Source: an uncultured Pseudomonadales bacterium
Lineage (GTDB): Bacteria; Pseudomonadota; Gammaproteobacteria; Pseudomonadales; Azotimanducaceae
Length of the DNA stretch: 64,000 nucleotides
Direction: 5' to 3'
Assembly (NCBI GenBank): GCA_964651595.1
Contig: CAZYYJ010000015.1
Coordinates: 12,304 to 76,303, forward strand
The translations under genes were made by a program, and so were the position numbers. Shown in pieces: positions 18,232-27,821 of this stretch (position 1 is its first letter; each line of letters opens with the position of its first letter). Below the pieces are notes generated by a model that searched no databases, had not been told where the DNA came from, and saw only the letters and a list, made by a program, of their open reading frames with translations.

Positions 18232-19830
18232 ATGAGCAGTACCACCACCAACGGCGTACGCACCATGGACGAGGCTTTCACCTCGATGCTGGATGCCGAT
18301 ACGCACGCCGAGAACATCATTCCAGCGCTGCGTCGCAACTCCCCGTTGCCGCCCGGCCCGTCCCTGATTCCGGTGGCGCGGTATACCGAGCGGCGCTACC
18401 ACGAGCTCGAGAAAGAAAAGCTGTGGAGCCGTGTGTGGCAGATGGCCGCCCACGAAGACGATTTTCCGAACGTCGGCGACGTGGTGCCCTACGACATCAC
18501 CACCATGTCGTTCCTGCTGGTGCGAACCGGCGAGGATGAGTACAAGGCGTATTACAACGCCTGTCTGCACCGTGGCCGCAAGTTGCGCGAAAGCCGCGCG
18601 AGCAGCCTCGAAGAGCTGCGCTGCCCTTTCCATGGCTGGGCGTGGAATCTCGACGGTTCCCTCAAGCAGGTTCCGTGTGCGTACGACTACGCTGGTCTCG
18701 AGCGCGCGGAGGAGTCGTTGCCGGAAGTGAAACTCGCTCGTTGGGGCCGCTTCCTGTTCATCAACCCCGACCCTGACGCGGCACCCCTGGAAGATCATCT
18801 GGGGGATCTCGGCACGAACTTCGAGATGCTGCCTTACGATCGCCGCTACAAGATGGCCCACGTGGCCAAGGTGATTCGCGCCAACTGGAAGACGGTGCAG
18901 GAAGCTTTCATGGAAAGCTATCACGTGCTCATGACGCATCCGCAGATCCTCACCGGTGGCGCCAACGACCTGTGCACCAAGTACGACGCGTTCGGCAACT
19001 ACTCCCGCGCGATCCGCTGCGGCGCGCTGGAAACGGAAGGGCTGCCTGGCTGGGACATGGATCCCGAAGAAAACGGCACGACGTGCCTCAGAAATCCTCT
19101 CAACGGCTGGTTGTACAAGCACGTGGGCGACGGCGTGGTGGAAGTTACAACACCCAAGGGATTGACCGGCAAGTTCACCACAGACGCGAAATGGCTCGAA
19201 GGTGAGCTGAAGGACGCCAATCCGCACCTGTGTCTCTGGGCGGGCGGTTTGCAGCTGCCGGCTGGCGGCCCCGCACCGCGCGCGCGGGATCACGAGCTGG
19301 CAGAAGACCTGAAAAACGACCTGGGTGACGTGCACCCGCGCGTGCTGCAGTCGGAGATGCAGCGGCGCATGCTCAAAGACGTGGTGCCGTCCATCGCCGA
19401 TGGCATCCCCGATGTGGAGCTGCATTCTTCCATGTTCTTCACAGTGTTCCCCAACTGGCACCCGTGGGGATCGTTCAACCTCATCAACTATCGCTTCCGG
19501 CCGAACGGCGACAACCATGAAGAGTGCATCATGGAGTGCATGTATCTTGCGCCCATTCCGGAAAACGGCGAGTACACGCCAGCGTCGGAGATTCACTGGC
19601 TGGGCGTGGACGAAGACTGGACCAATGCACCCGAGCTGGGCATGTTGACCAAGATCTTCAACCAGGATCTGCGCAACCTGCCCTATGTGTACGAGGGTAT
19701 GAAAGCCACGGCCCGCGAGCACCTGCGCGTAGGCGACTACAACGAGCTGAAGCTGCGTCACTTCCATGAGCTGTACGGTCGGCTGGTGGATGACGAGACG
19801 GCTTTGCCGCTGCCCGGGCTCGACGACTGA
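18232..19830 (+). CDS. Rieske (2Fe-2S) aromatic-ring-hydroxylating oxygenase alpha subunit
   Basis: Rieske motif CLHRG...CPFHGW. No cognate beta subunit or reductase adjacent. GbcA/CntA-like stand-alone type. Confidence 0.8.
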   Translation: MSSTTTNGVRTMDEAFTSMLDADTHAENIIPALRRNSPLPPGPSLIPVARYTERRYHELEKEKLWSRVWQMAAHEDDFPNVGDVVPYDITTMSFLLVRTGEDEYKAYYNACLHRGRKLRESRASSLEELRCPFHGWAWNLDGSLKQVPCAYDYAGLERAEESLPEVKLARWGRFLFINPDPDAAPLEDHLGDLGTNFEMLPYDRRYKMAHVAKVIRANWKTVQEAFMESYHVLMTHPQILTGGANDLCTKYDAFGNYSRAIRCGALETEGLPGWDMDPEENGTTCLRNPLNGWLYKHVGDGVVEVTTPKGLTGKFTTDAKWLEGELKDANPHLCLWAGGLQLPAGGPAPRARDHELAEDLKNDLGDVHPRVLQSEMQRRMLKDVVPSIADGIPDVELHSSMFFTVFPNWHPWGSFNLINYRFRPNGDNHEECIMECMYLAPIPENGEYTPASEIHWLGVDEDWTNAPELGMLTKIFNQDLRNLPYVYEGMKATAREHLRVGDYNELKLRHFHELYGRLVDDETALPLPGLDD

Positions 19831-19914
19831 CGCATCCGCAAGCGCTCGCGCCGGGACGCTGACGGTCGTTGCGCGGCCGTCAGTCTGTTCTGGCCCACGT
19901 TTCGGGAATGATCC

Positions 19915-21246
19915 GTGTCACCGATTGGCGCGCTCGTCGGCGGCGGCCGCGCGCGGTGCCTATACTCGAAGAGATGCAGTTCGAGTTCCCCCAAGATGGA
20001 TATCTCCCCGCTCAGAGCCGGCACGCTGGCTCGCATGCTTGCCGATAAGGCGTTTTTTGCCTCGTTACCCAGCGACATTTTCCGGCAGGGAGAGCAGAAC
20101 GCGCAGCTGGTGGAAATGACTGCGGGAGAAGAACTGGTGCCGGCAGGGGACAGCGCACCTTTCTCGTGGTTTCTGGTCGACGGTACGCTCTCGCTGGATG
20201 GCGCCGACAGCGGTGCTCTCCGCGAGCTGAGCGCGGCGGACTCGGATGCCGGCTATCCGGTGGCGAACCTGCGACCCACGCAGTATCGCGTGATCGCGGT
20301 GGACGATTGCCAGCTCGTGCGCTTCGAACACGCCTACATCCGAAGCCTGGTCAAAGCACCGCCGCCGGCGCGCTTTCTCGGGGGCAGTGAAATTGGCGGT
20401 GGGTCGTGGCAGAGCGAAGCCTATGCGATCGAAGCGCTGCAGCTTGCTCACGACGGAGAGTTCGAGGTGCCGTCCATGCCTGGCATCTCGGCGCGCATCC
20501 ACGACACCATCGTCAGGGACGACTTTTCCATTGAGGAAGTGGCGCGGCTGATCAGCGCCGATCCGTCCATCGCGGGGGGCCTGATCAACCTGGCAAACAG
20601 CGCGTTGTTTGCGGGGCGCGACAAGGTCACCACCCTGGAACGGGCTGTCGTGCGCCTGGGGGTGAAGCAGACCCACACGCTGGTGATGACGCTGGCCACC
20701 AAGGCCCTGTTCACCGCCCGGCAGCCGTGGCTGAAACAACGCCTGAAGGCGATCTGGCGTCACGCTGTGGACATGGGCGCCTATGCCGCGGTGCTGGCGG
20801 GTCTGTCCCCGCGCCTCGACAAAGCTCAGGCCATGCTGCTGGGGTTGTTGCACGAGATCGGTGCCATCCCGTTGCTGGAACTGGCAGACGGCTACGTGGA
20901 ACTGGAAGCAAAGCCGGGCGTGCTGGACGCGGTGCTTGCCAACGTGGCGCCGGAGCTCTCCGCGCGCACGCTGGTGAGCTGGGGGCTGGATGAGTTTGCG
21001 GAGGCAGCCCGGCACCAGGAAAACTGGTATTACGACCACCCTGACGAGCTGAATTACACCGACGTGCTGGTGGTGTCACACCTGCACGGACTGATGAAAG
21101 CACGTGAGTTTGCCAACCTACCGCGCCTGGACGAAACCCACGCCTGGCAGCGTATGGCGGCGCTTGGTCTGACGGCAGCCAAAAGCGTCGAAGTGTTTGC
21201 CGACGCGGCGGACGAGCTTGCACAGCTGAGGGCGCTGCTCTACTGA
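19915..21246 (+). CDS. HDOD-domain signalling protein with N-terminal cNMP-binding-like region
   Basis: HDOD-like helical region (LLHEIGAIPLL, conserved hydrophobic pattern). Start uncertain; alternative Mets lie downstream. Confidence 0.6.
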   Translation: MSPIGALVGGGRARCLYSKRCSSSSPKMDISPLRAGTLARMLADKAFFASLPSDIFRQGEQNAQLVEMTAGEELVPAGDSAPFSWFLVDGTLSLDGADSGALRELSAADSDAGYPVANLRPTQYRVIAVDDCQLVRFEHAYIRSLVKAPPPARFLGGSEIGGGSWQSEAYAIEALQLAHDGEFEVPSMPGISARIHDTIVRDDFSIEEVARLISADPSIAGGLINLANSALFAGRDKVTTLERAVVRLGVKQTHTLVMTLATKALFTARQPWLKQRLKAIWRHAVDMGAYAAVLAGLSPRLDKAQAMLLGLLHEIGAIPLLELADGYVELEAKPGVLDAVLANVAPELSARTLVSWGLDEFAEAARHQENWYYDHPDELNYTDVLVVSHLHGLMKAREFANLPRLDETHAWQRMAALGLTAAKSVEVFADAADELAQLRALLY

Positions 21247-21358
21247 TTTGCTCCGTTACCCGGCGCGCCTGGGCGATTTTGTAACAACGTCCGACAAAAC
21301 TGTTTCAATTGGTTACAGTGATCGCTATATTCGGCCCCCTCTAAACAGGGGAGATACC

Positions 21359-24300
21359 ATGTTTCGACGGGAAACGTGTGGTGCTATTGCTTTGCTGGCC
21401 GGGTTGTCGTTCGCCATCACGGCGCACGCCGAGCAGGATGGGGGCGTGGTCGAAGAGATCATTGTCACCGGTTCGTACATCAAAGGATCGCCCGAGGATG
21501 CACCTTCGCCGGTGCAGACCATTCGCCGCGACGATCTGGTTTCGTCCGGCGTCTCCGATATTGCTGAGTTTGTGCGCAATCTCGAGATAGCCTCCGGGTC
21601 GGATACCGCTCCGCAGAACGAATTTCGCTTCAACGGCAACTCCGGGAGCGGCCTGGCTAACGTGAATCTGCGCGGCGTGGGACCAACGGCGACGCTCGTG
21701 CTCATGGACGGCAAACGCATGCCGTTTGCGGGCCAGAAGCTCGCCGACGGCGACCGCTTCGTGGACATCAACACCATCCCCATCACCATGGTGGAGCGTG
21801 TAGAGGTGCTGAAAGACGGCGGCTCGGCGATCTACGGCTCCGATGCCATCGCCGGGGTGGTGAATTTCATCACCCGCTCTGATTTCGAAGGCTTCGAAAT
21901 CACGGGTAAGTACCAGGAAACGTCAGAAGGCTCCCAGGATGATGCCACCCTCGGCGCGATCTTCGGCTGGGCCAGTGACGATGCCAACACCCACTTTGTG
22001 ATTGGCGGCGAGTTTTTTGATCGGGGCAATCTCCTGTCGCGGGACCGCGAGGACCTCACCCGGGACGTGTTTCCCAAGCAGAATGCATCCATCGTGAACC
22101 GCTTCACGTTCAACGGCCCGGACCTGGGCTGTGAGGCCAACGGGTTCTTTGCGGACAATGGCTTCAGCTCGGATCCGAACGCCTGTTTCCGCAACGGCAG
22201 CGACACCGAGACGTTCATTCCCGAGCAGGAACGCACCAGTGTCATGGCAACGTTCTCTCATCTGTTTTCCGAAAGCGCCGAGGTTTATGCCCAGGCTTCC
22301 TGGTTCGATTCGCGCAGCGGTGAAAGCCAGCCCATCCATGTGGGACCCATCGAGCCGAAATACGCGCTGCCGGGGCTGCTGAACGCCCTGGTGCCGTTCG
22401 GCATAGGCTCGGACCCTGCCAATGATCCGTCGCTCATCACCAATGGCGGCAGCACCATTCCACCGATCCTGCCGATCGAGCTGGTGGACTACGAACTGCG
22501 CGTGCCCGGCATCGATGCCGACCGCAATTTCGACGTGCACAACGAACAGACCACCACACGTTTTCAGCTGGGGCTGCGCGGTGACGTGACCCTGGGCGAG
22601 CGCCCCTGGAGCTACGACTTTTCCGTGACCCGTGGTGACTCCGAGTTCTCCACCAACTTCCTGGGTCTGGACAGCGACCGGTTGGAGCTTGCGCACTACG
22701 GGCTGGGCGGACCCAACTGCACGCCGGACGGTACGCTGGATCCCACGGACCCGCGCGGTGCTGCGGCGCGGGGCCTGATTGCTGGCGGCGACGGTGTGTT
22801 CGACAGCGCCAGTGGCGTACCGGGGGCCGTAGGCCTTCTGGAAGGCACGTTCGAGGCGCTCATGGGCACGGTGCCCGGGCAACCGTTCATCAATCCCGAC
22901 AATGTGGTGCTGGCCATGACCAGCAGCAATCGCGGGGACAATGCGCAGGGCTGCTTTTTCTTCAACCCTTACCTCACGCGCGCGGGCGCGCCCGGGCTCA
23001 CCAACTCTGAGGAGCTGTTGCGCTGGCTCGAGGTGCCGATCAACGACGCGCAGCGGTCGGAAACATTCCTCACCTCCATCGACTTCGTGATGTCAGGAGA
23101 CCTCTTCGACCTGGATGCCGGCCCGGTATCGATGGCCGTGGGCCTGCAGTATCGCGAAGAAGGCCGCGAAACTTTCGTTAACCCGAAAACCGTCGGCGAG
23201 GTGAACAGCTTCGGTCAGCTCAGCGGACAGGAGTCGGTAGCGGGGTTGTCCGAAAACCGCGATTTCGACGCTGAAAGGGATATTGTGGCGGCGTTTGTGG
23301 AGTTCCAGCTGCCGCTGGGCGAGAAGGTCGACCTGCAGGTGGCGGCTCGTTACGAAGACTACGGCGGTGACATTGGTTCCACCTTCGACCCCAAGGTGGG
23401 TGTGCGCTGGCAGGCCACGGACTCTCTCGTTGTGCGCAGCTCAGCCAGCAGCTCGTTCCGTGGACCGGGGCTGGCGCAGGTAGAAGAGGGCACGGGCTTC
23501 AGCCTGGAGTTTGGCGTGGCTGACCTTCTGGGCGAGAACGCGAACCCCGCGGGGCAGAACTGTGTGCGTACCGGTCGTTGCGCCCTGCCGGACGCAGCCG
23601 ATGCGCCCAGCATCATCATCGTCAAGGAAGGTCTGCCCACGCCGGACCTGCAACCGGAAGAAGCAACCACCTTCAACCTGGGCGCCATCTGGTCGCCTGA
23701 GGGCGGACCCCTGGAAGGGCTGACGGTAGGGCTGGACTACTACATGATCCGGTTCGAAGAGAAGATCATCGATGTGCCCACGCAGTCGCTGCTGGCCGAA
23801 GAGCTGGTGCTCTTCGAAGCTGCGCTGGCAGCAAACGATTTCGTTATCGCCGTGCCGGGCCAGCCCGACCTGGGCGCAGCCTGTGATCCCAGCTCGGCCG
23901 AGTTCGATCCGTCGATCACCAACCCGCGTTCCGAGGTTTGTCAGGTGAATCCGGCGGCGTACGCGTTGACGGCCGATCGTTCCAGCTTCGAAGGCGGCCG
24001 CATCACGCGACGCGTGGACGCGTCCCGGGACCTGCAGATCATCGCCAGCGGTGCCATCAACACCGGCAAGGTGGAAACGGATGGCATCGACGCGAACCTC
24101 ACGTACACGTGGGGCAATGATCTCGGCACGTTCATCGTTGACGGACGCTTGAACTACATCCGCGAGTTCGAGGTGAAAGACTTTCCGGGCGGCCAGCCGG
24201 ACTTCGACGCGGCGGGTTTCACCAACAACGATCCTACGCGACGCCTTACCCGGTCCATGCCAGACCTGCGTGGCAATCTTGGCCTGTCCTGGCTGCGGGA

Positions 24301-24583
24301 GAATCACAGTGCGCGTCTGAACATGCGCTTCGTGGGCTCCTACGAGGACAATGGCGCTCCGGGCAACATCATCGGCGACGGAGACATCGATCCCTACTAC
24401 GCGTTCGATTTCAACTACAGCTACGCATGGCAGCTCGACGAGAGCGAGGTGCTGCTGACGCTGGGCGCCATCGACCTCTTCGACGAGGATCTGCCGGAGC
24501 TGAAGAACGCGAACGGCACGGACCTTTCCGTGTTCGATCCGCGCGGTCGACGCATCTACGCTTCGGTGAAGTACACGCTCTGA
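21359..24583 (+). CDS. TonB-dependent outer-membrane receptor
   Basis: Signal peptide ending AITAHA, TonB-box-like EEIIVTGSYI, plug plus long beta-barrel with C-terminal aromatic residue. Start set at the ATG at 21359 (MFRRETCGAIALLAGLSFA). Confidence 0.85.
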   Translation: MFRRETCGAIALLAGLSFAITAHAEQDGGVVEEIIVTGSYIKGSPEDAPSPVQTIRRDDLVSSGVSDIAEFVRNLEIASGSDTAPQNEFRFNGNSGSGLANVNLRGVGPTATLVLMDGKRMPFAGQKLADGDRFVDINTIPITMVERVEVLKDGGSAIYGSDAIAGVVNFITRSDFEGFEITGKYQETSEGSQDDATLGAIFGWASDDANTHFVIGGEFFDRGNLLSRDREDLTRDVFPKQNASIVNRFTFNGPDLGCEANGFFADNGFSSDPNACFRNGSDTETFIPEQERTSVMATFSHLFSESAEVYAQASWFDSRSGESQPIHVGPIEPKYALPGLLNALVPFGIGSDPANDPSLITNGGSTIPPILPIELVDYELRVPGIDADRNFDVHNEQTTTRFQLGLRGDVTLGERPWSYDFSVTRGDSEFSTNFLGLDSDRLELAHYGLGGPNCTPDGTLDPTDPRGAAARGLIAGGDGVFDSASGVPGAVGLLEGTFEALMGTVPGQPFINPDNVVLAMTSSNRGDNAQGCFFFNPYLTRAGAPGLTNSEELLRWLEVPINDAQRSETFLTSIDFVMSGDLFDLDAGPVSMAVGLQYREEGRETFVNPKTVGEVNSFGQLSGQESVAGLSENRDFDAERDIVAAFVEFQLPLGEKVDLQVAARYEDYGGDIGSTFDPKVGVRWQATDSLVVRSSASSSFRGPGLAQVEEGTGFSLEFGVADLLGENANPAGQNCVRTGRCALPDAADAPSIIIVKEGLPTPDLQPEEATTFNLGAIWSPEGGPLEGLTVGLDYYMIRFEEKIIDVPTQSLLAEELVLFEAALAANDFVIAVPGQPDLGAACDPSSAEFDPSITNPRSEVCQVNPAAYALTADRSSFEGGRITRRVDASRDLQIIASGAINTGKVETDGIDANLTYTWGNDLGTFIVDGRLNYIREFEVKDFPGGQPDFDAAGFTNNDPTRRLTRSMPDLRGNLGLSWLRENHSARLNMRFVGSYEDNGAPGNIIGDGDIDPYYAFDFNYSYAWQLDESEVLLTLGAIDLFDEDLPELKNANGTDLSVFDPRGRRIYASVKYTL

Positions 24584-24618
24584 GCGCGCCTGTGCATTCC
24601 GCGCGACGCTCGTGTTAA

Positions 24619-25527
24619 ATGCAGCACGAGCTTTCGCGCGGGAGACGCAAATTGCTGAGCATTGAAGCGACAGGTAGCGCCTGTGGGGCCACGGTGGCGG
24701 GTGTGGATCTGTCCCGCCCCTTGTCTGAAGACGTGGTGCGGGAGCTGCGCCGGGCCTGGATGCGTTACCACGTCCTTGTCTTCCCGGAACAGAAGCTCAC
24801 CGATGTGGACCTGGTGCGGGTGACGGGATGTTTCGGTCCCGTCGGGGAAGATCCGTTTTTCGAGGCGATCAGCGATACCAACCCCGTGGTGGCCCTGACG
24901 CGCCGGGCCGATGAGAAGGCCCCGGTGTTTGCCGAGAACTGGCACAGCGACTGGAGTTTCAAGGCCGTGCCGCCCATCGGTACGTGTCTGTATGCATTGA
25001 CGATTCCTCCCGTGGGCGGCAACACCGATTTCGTGAACCAGCACCTTGCGTACGCCGCCATGCCGGACACTCTGAAAGACCGGCTGGCTGACAAGGTGGC
25101 GGTGCACTCTGCGGCGCTGGCGTATGCACCGGACGGCACTTACGGCGACAAAGCCTGCGAGGACGATCGCAGCATCAAAATCCGCTGGTCGGAGTCGGCG
25201 CGAGATCAGCAGACGCACCCGCTCGTAGTCACGCATCCGGAGAACGGGCAGCCCGGCGTCTTCAGTACCGCCGGTTACATCGTGGGCATAGAGGGCATGG
25301 GCGATGCCGCTGCGCAGGCGCTGCTGGCTGAGGTGCGTGAGTGGCAGACCCGGGAAGAATTCGTGTACAGCCACCAGTGGCAGGAAGGCATGCTGGTTAT
25401 CTGGGACAACCGGTCGGTGCTGCATCGTGCCAATGGTGGCTACGATGGCTACGACCGGGAACTGCACCGGACCACCATTGCGGAGGACCGGGACCGGTTT
25501 GTGTCGCCTGAGGATCTTGCCGCCTGA
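24619..25527 (+). CDS. TauD/TfdA-family Fe(II)/2-oxoglutarate dioxygenase
   Basis: HxD...H facial triad context (WHSDWSF..., ...H near C-terminus). Size ~300 aa. Confidence 0.75.
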   Translation: MQHELSRGRRKLLSIEATGSACGATVAGVDLSRPLSEDVVRELRRAWMRYHVLVFPEQKLTDVDLVRVTGCFGPVGEDPFFEAISDTNPVVALTRRADEKAPVFAENWHSDWSFKAVPPIGTCLYALTIPPVGGNTDFVNQHLAYAAMPDTLKDRLADKVAVHSAALAYAPDGTYGDKACEDDRSIKIRWSESARDQQTHPLVVTHPENGQPGVFSTAGYIVGIEGMGDAAAQALLAEVREWQTREEFVYSHQWQEGMLVIWDNRSVLHRANGGYDGYDRELHRTTIAEDRDRFVSPEDLAA

Positions 25528-25593
25528 TCGCGCAGGGCGCTCTTGAGGGGGAGGGCTCGGCGCATTAGAATTGCGCGCTCGCCTGAGACATGT

Positions 25594-25670
25594 CGGAGTG
25601 TAGCTCAGCTTGGTAGAGCACTACGTTCGGGACGTAGGGGCCGGAGGTTCAAATCCTCTCACTCCGACCA
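25594..25670 (+). tRNA. tRNA-Pro (anticodon CGG)
   Basis: Perfect cloverleaf: 7-bp acceptor CGGAGTG/CACTCCG, D-arm GCTC/GAGC, anticodon loop TTCGGGA, T-arm GGAGG-TTCAAAT-CCTCT, discriminator A plus CCA. Confidence 0.9.
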
Positions 25671-25675
25671 ATTCC
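25626..25675 (+). repeat. attL-like direct repeat (3' part of tRNA-Pro)
   Basis: Identical 50-mer TTCGGGACGTAGGGGCCGGAGGTTCAAATCCTCTCACTCCGACCAATTCC. Confidence 0.85.
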
Positions 25676-26012
25676 ATCAATCCCTACAGCGTTAACACGC
25701 ACTAACCCGAAACGTTCTCGAAAACTTTTCGATAACGCTAGTTCACCACTCTCAAAATCGTTCTTCGCTCGTCCAAGATCGACTCTGCAGCCATCAGCAA
25801 TCGCTCTATATCGGGCGTAGCGTATTGCCTACTCAGCCTACCCTGTCTTGAGCCATCCGCGGGTCCCACCCCTTAACCCTTTGGGGCAATTCGTTCTGAG
25901 TTGTCGCTTTCTTATCGACAAACCGCCTATTTTAGATCGCATGGGGTTTGTAACTACAACGACTAAGTAGGCTTTACGTGCGCGAGGGGGTGTGTCCTCG
26001 CCTGGTACCCAA

Positions 26013-27620
26013 TTAGGCCCGCGAAATCTGCTCAAACGAAACGCCGAACTTGTCTAGATACCGCTTCAATCTGTGCGAGTCATTGGTACTCGCTTTTTTC
26101 TCGCGAGAGACAGCAAACAACTGCCGACCTGCTTCCGCCATCGATCTGGACTTTCTACAAACACTGGCGACGTATCCCAGCTGAACACGATCAAATGGAT
26201 CTATCCCTAGTACAGCTTCAGCCCCAAGCAGCGTTGCCAAGAACTCTTCTCCTTCATTGCCGCCAGCAGCTCCGGCCTGCCATCGTAGCTTTAGTAAATC
26301 TATTTCTTGATCGACAATATCCTTGGAGATACGCCCGCCATCTGCCAATGTCGACATCCGCAAAACACTCGAGTTGAGATCGCGAAAGTTGGCGCGCCAT
26401 TCAGCTTCCCCAATGGCAAATTGAACGTAGCGGTCGCGAGCTTCCCGACTGAACCTAATCATAGTGCCAAGTCTCGACCGAGCGTTTTCGACTTCAAAGT
26501 CCAGGTTCGGTTCGATGTCTTCTACACGCTCCTTGAGAGGCGGAAGGTGATAAGTCCAGAGGTCGAGGCGGGCGATTAAATCTTCTCTAAACCGCCCCTC
26601 GCCCACCATCTGCCACAAGTTCTGATTTGTGCCAGCAATAAGCTGAAAGTTGCTGCTGACTTCTTTATCACTGCCGAGCGGAAAGAAGTGTTTCGTCTCA
26701 ATCGCATTGAGCAACATCGCTTGCTCTTCCACGCCCAGCTCGCCGATTTCATCTAGAAACAGAAGCCCATCGTCGGCCTCTCGTAACAGTCCGGCTCGAT
26801 CAGTTGTGGCGCCTGTGAAGGCACCTTTTGCGTGACCAAACAAAGTGGAACTCACCGCGTCTCCTCTTAGCGTCGCGCAGTTCACTGAGACAAAGTTACC
26901 GCCAAATTGAGTACGTTGTTTTTTTAACTCAAAGATCTGCTTCGCCAACTGCGACTTTCCTGCGCCAGTAGGACCGGTTAATAAGATTGGTTCGCTTGAT
27001 CGAATTGATACCTTCTCAATTTGCTCGATCATTGTGTTGAACGCTTTGTTTTTTGTTTGAATACCCTGCTTCAGGTACTCGGTACCCTCTAATTGTTCCA
27101 ATCGAAATCTTGAGGCGATCTGATCATATTTTGAGAGATCTAGATCGATGACATGATATTCGCCTACAGGAAGATCACCTTCCGTTGGCCGGCTGTTCGG
27201 TGGTGAGGTCTGGATTAAGGTTCCAGGCACGTATCGAGCTTCGGTTAGCAGGAACCAACAAATCTGAGCAACGTGAGTGCCCGTTGTCATATGAACCAGA
27301 TAACGCTCTGACTCTATGTCGAATTGATAGTCATCCGTAAAGGATCGAAGTACCCCATATACGTTCGCAAAGTCCCAAGGATCATCTTGCTTAATGACGT
27401 GCTGCACGACCATCGTTTCCGGCGAGATAGTTTCGATATCCCTGGTTACTTGGTCCGCAAGTGATTGGTAGCGCTCTTCTAGAAGCAATTCCAAGCGATC
27501 AACAACAAAGTCATCGTGCTGGCAGAGCGAAACCGTTGGCCGCCACGCATTCCATCTTTTTGAACCTCGCCCCCTGCGATCAAGGTTCGTACCCAACATG
27601 CCAATCACTACTGTCTTCAT
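26013..27620 (-). CDS. rtcR: RtcR, sigma-54-dependent transcriptional activator with N-terminal CARF domain
   Basis: AAA+ sigma-54 activator motifs (LLTGPTGAGKS, the GAFTGA loop as GAFTGATTD, ESELFGH-like), a C-terminal HTH, and a CARF-type N-terminus like RtcR. Divergently placed from rtcBA. Confidence 0.9.
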   Translation of the reverse strand: MKTVVIGMLGTNLDRRGRGSKRWNAWRPTVSLCQHDDFVVDRLELLLEERYQSLADQVTRDIETISPETMVVQHVIKQDDPWDFANVYGVLRSFTDDYQFDIESERYLVHMTTGTHVAQICWFLLTEARYVPGTLIQTSPPNSRPTEGDLPVGEYHVIDLDLSKYDQIASRFRLEQLEGTEYLKQGIQTKNKAFNTMIEQIEKVSIRSSEPILLTGPTGAGKSQLAKQIFELKKQRTQFGGNFVSVNCATLRGDAVSSTLFGHAKGAFTGATTDRAGLLREADDGLLFLDEIGELGVEEQAMLLNAIETKHFFPLGSDKEVSSNFQLIAGTNQNLWQMVGEGRFREDLIARLDLWTYHLPPLKERVEDIEPNLDFEVENARSRLGTMIRFSREARDRYVQFAIGEAEWRANFRDLNSSVLRMSTLADGGRISKDIVDQEIDLLKLRWQAGAAGGNEGEEFLATLLGAEAVLGIDPFDRVQLGYVASVCRKSRSMAEAGRQLFAVSREKKASTNDSHRLKRYLDKFGVSFEQISRA

Positions 27621-27754
27621 ATCTTTCTAAATATATAGCTATCTTTTTGGATAGGTTATTCCAGACTTCTCTGAGAAGATAGAGGGGTGCTGCGGACTAG
27701 AAGATCTATATATATCAAAGGGTTACTGAAACGAGAATGCAAATTTTTATAAGT

Positions 27755-27770
27755 TGGCACGCTTATCGCT
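27755..27770 (+). promoter_or_regulatory. sigma-54 (-24/-12) promoter for rtcBA
   Basis: TGGCACgcttaTCGCT: GG-N10-GC spacing matches the RpoN consensus TGGCAC-N5-TTGC. Lies 50-65 bp upstream of the rtcB ATG and divergent from rtcR. Confidence 0.6.
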
Positions 27771-27821
27771 ATACAGATAACAATCGGAAAATGGCAAGCA
27801 AGTAAGACCAAAGGAATAAAC

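Noticed and set aside
18187-19767. 526-aa minus-strand ORF
   Set aside because: Antisense to the Rieske oxygenase gene, which carries the CxH...CxxH motif. GC-driven spurious ORF.
25671-26012. Search for an integrase/recombinase next to tRNA-Pro
   Set aside because: Only a 65-aa spurious ORF is present in the 340-bp gap. No tyrosine or serine recombinase motifs occur anywhere in the island, so the island is recorded as integrase-less.
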